Shown here one piece after another: positions 36,028 through 37,805 of a stretch of DNA of 37,805 nt (its first letter is position 1; each line of letters starts with the position of its first letter). Below the pieces are notes generated by a model. It was not told the DNA's origin and searched no databases. It worked only from the letters and a program-made list of their open reading frames with translations. The translations under genes and the position numbers were made by a program. This DNA comes from a virus. Its lineage: Duplodnaviria; Caudoviricetes. The stretch is from positions 1 through 37,805 of the IMG/VR virus record IMGVR_UViG_3300033067_000568; one strand, given 5' to 3'.

Positions 36028-36809
36028 CCAACGACGATAAGGATTTGAAGCTCAAAGAGTGTCCGTTTTGTGGCAAATCAGCACACCTACATTCTTACGC
36101 ACCTGTTCCGGGTACTTTAGGATGGTATCCGGTTAAATATGGTGATGGAACAGGGAAATGCTATCAAGTCTTTTGCAATGACTCTGATTGTCAGTGTGGT
36201 CATGGGCAATTAGATGTTGTTGGATATTATACAGAGCAAGTTGCAATTGAAAGGTGGAACACCCGCACCACGCCCCAACAGCCCTCAGAACCGCTGAAGG
36301 AGTTGGATGAGAAGGAAGGCTCAAGTATTTACATAACCGAATCAACAGAGGGTGAGTGGTCGGGAGATAGAACTACCGGAAAGCAGGGTAAAGTTCTATG
36401 GCTAAATTTTAAAGGCAACGGTGGAAATTATGCCATGATTAACTTAAACAATCTGGCCTCTAAAGAAGGCGCAGTAATTTCTAAGGCTATGTATCAGGCA
36501 ATCGCCAAATTCGGCCAGCCATCAGAAAAGAAGGCGGTGAGCGTAACCGATATTGAAAACATTATCTTGAGCCATAACTTAAACGGTAATGATGTTCTAA
36601 GAAGATTAGCCCAAGCCATCCACTCCGCCCTGCCCGCACAACGAGAGGTGAGGTATCCTGAAAAGTCAGAACACAGTCAACAATGTTTATATGTTATAGA
36701 GCCACGATATTTTGGCAATTCAAGTAAAGAAAAGTTCTGTGATTGTGGGGCATTTGAAAGAAATTTAACCATCGACGAATTCAAGAAACTTAACGGGGAT
36801 AAAACTTAA
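36024..36809 (+). CDS. Lar-family restriction alleviation domain protein with C-terminal extension
   Basis: LKECPFCG ... Y.V.C...C ... AIERWNTR motif. Confidence 0.8.
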   Translation: MTNDDKDLKLKECPFCGKSAHLHSYAPVPGTLGWYPVKYGDGTGKCYQVFCNDSDCQCGHGQLDVVGYYTEQVAIERWNTRTTPQQPSEPLKELDEKEGSSIYITESTEGEWSGDRTTGKQGKVLWLNFKGNGGNYAMINLNNLASKEGAVISKAMYQAIAKFGQPSEKKAVSVTDIENIILSHNLNGNDVLRRLAQAIHSALPAQREVRYPEKSEHSQQCLYVIEPRYFGNSSKEKFCDCGAFERNLTIDEFKKLNGDKT

Positions 36810-36821
36810 AAGGAGAATATC

Positions 36822-37082
36822 ATGCAAGAATATAAAGATGGAACATTTGGAGAAGTAGCACCAGCACAGGAAATTGTAAAAAAACTTTTAGAAAAAGAGG
36901 CGGAGCTGGATAAAACGGCAGCCGTCCATTTTGGCAGTCCTGAATATCTGGAAGCATTAAAGCAAGAAAAGGCTGAAGTTTCTGGTGTTGTTAAGTATTA
37001 CGGTGAAACCATGTTGCGGATAGAAGAAAAGTTAGACCGCATAATAAAGCATTTTAAAATATATCCGATTATTGGTGAATAA
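36822..37082 (+). CDS. Hypothetical protein
   Basis: SD AAGGAG. Confidence 0.7.
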   Translation: MQEYKDGTFGEVAPAQEIVKKLLEKEAELDKTAAVHFGSPEYLEALKQEKAEVSGVVKYYGETMLRIEEKLDRIIKHFKIYPIIGE

Positions 37083-37099
37083 ACTTAACGGGGGTTGAG

Positions 37100-37543
37100 A
37101 TGGGTTTTGCAATAGGCATTGAAAACACAAAGACAGCCACAAACGTCGGGACACTATGGCGCAGTGCTTATAACTTTGGAGCGCAGATGGTCTTTACTGT
37201 TGGCAAACGGTACAAAAATCAGCCGTCAGACACTGTAAAGGCTTGGAGGCATATCCCATTGTTGCATTTTGGTGACTGGCAACAATACAAAGAACACGCT
37301 CCACAAGGATGGGAAAACATCGGTGTAGAGATTTTACCAACCTCTAAAAACATTAAAGGATTCTCACATCCTAAACAAGCTGTCTACATCTTAGGAGCAG
37401 AAGATTGTGGTTTAAGTCAAGAAGCTATTGCGATTTGCAAACACATAATCCATATTCCGTCTAAGCATTGCTTGAATGTTTCTGTGGCTGGTTCAATTAT
37501 CATGTTTGACAGAACTATTAAACTTAACGGGGAGAGCGCATGA
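37100..37543 (+). CDS. SpoU/TrmH-family (SPOUT) RNA methyltransferase
   Basis: NVGTLWRSA..FG, ILGAED.GLS and IP...CLNVSVAGSIIMFDR motifs. Confidence 0.93.
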   Translation: MGFAIGIENTKTATNVGTLWRSAYNFGAQMVFTVGKRYKNQPSDTVKAWRHIPLLHFGDWQQYKEHAPQGWENIGVEILPTSKNIKGFSHPKQAVYILGAEDCGLSQEAIAICKHIIHIPSKHCLNVSVAGSIIMFDRTIKLNGESA

Positions 37544-37752
37544 GCCATCCAAAATATAGCCATATTGGTGCTAAGGATGACAAGGTAATCGAGGAATGTT
37601 CTGAACTTATAAAAGCGATCTGCAAGGCCAAACGGTTCGGTATAGATGACTGCCATCCTGTTAAATTAAAGACCAATCGCCAGTTGATTCTTGAAGAAAT
37701 GGCAGACGTTGAACAACGGATTCAGGATTACCGGAAGGAAATTTCGTTATGA
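37540..37752 (+). CDS. MazG-like nucleotide pyrophosphohydrolase
   Basis: EECSEL...CK..RFG ... EEMADV (ExxE...ExxD). Confidence 0.75.
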   Translation: MSHPKYSHIGAKDDKVIEECSELIKAICKAKRFGIDDCHPVKLKTNRQLILEEMADVEQRIQDYRKEISL

Positions 37753-37805
37753 GACAGAGTTTTGAGGAGTTTTTAAAAAATAAATATGAACATTATCGCA
37801 AAGTC
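37749..37805 (+). CDS. Partial ORF running off the window
   Basis: ATGA overlap with the MazG-like gene; MRQSFEEFLKNKYEHYRKV. Confidence 0.5.
   Translation, partial: MRQSFEEFLKNKYEHYRKV

Noticed and set aside
1-37805. Alternative genetic code or stop-codon reassignment
   Set aside because: Code 11 gives full-length, tightly packed genes ending in TAA, TGA and TAG.

Overview
About 38 kb of a tailed dsDNA phage genome, or a prophage with no host genes or integrase visible, with a podovirus-type (BPP-1/T7-like) virion module. Minus strand 1-24.3 kb: five consecutive tail-fibre/tailspike-type genes, a 1643-aa internal virion protein, tail tubular B and A, cement, major capsid, scaffold, portal, GNAT, TerL, a glycosyltransferase and TerS. 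Minus strand 24.3-29.9 kb: a candidate iteron origin, a primase-VirE helicase, VRR-NUC, XRE HTH, EndoVII and an SF2 helicase. Plus strand 30-37.8 kb, from divergent sigma70-like promoters: an RHH regulator, YqaJ/RecT, a cold-shock protein, a PEP-CTERM protein, Lar, a SpoU methyltransferase, a MazG-like protein and many small ORFs, interspersed with GC-rich structured intergenic segments. The most striking observation is that all five tail-fibre/spike-type proteins begin with a classical Sec/SPase I-type signal peptide. One of these sits directly in front of a T7-type tail-fibre anchor domain. This suggests the receptor-binding apparatus is exported and folded outside the cytoplasm. All family calls come from motif recognition by eye, with no database searches.
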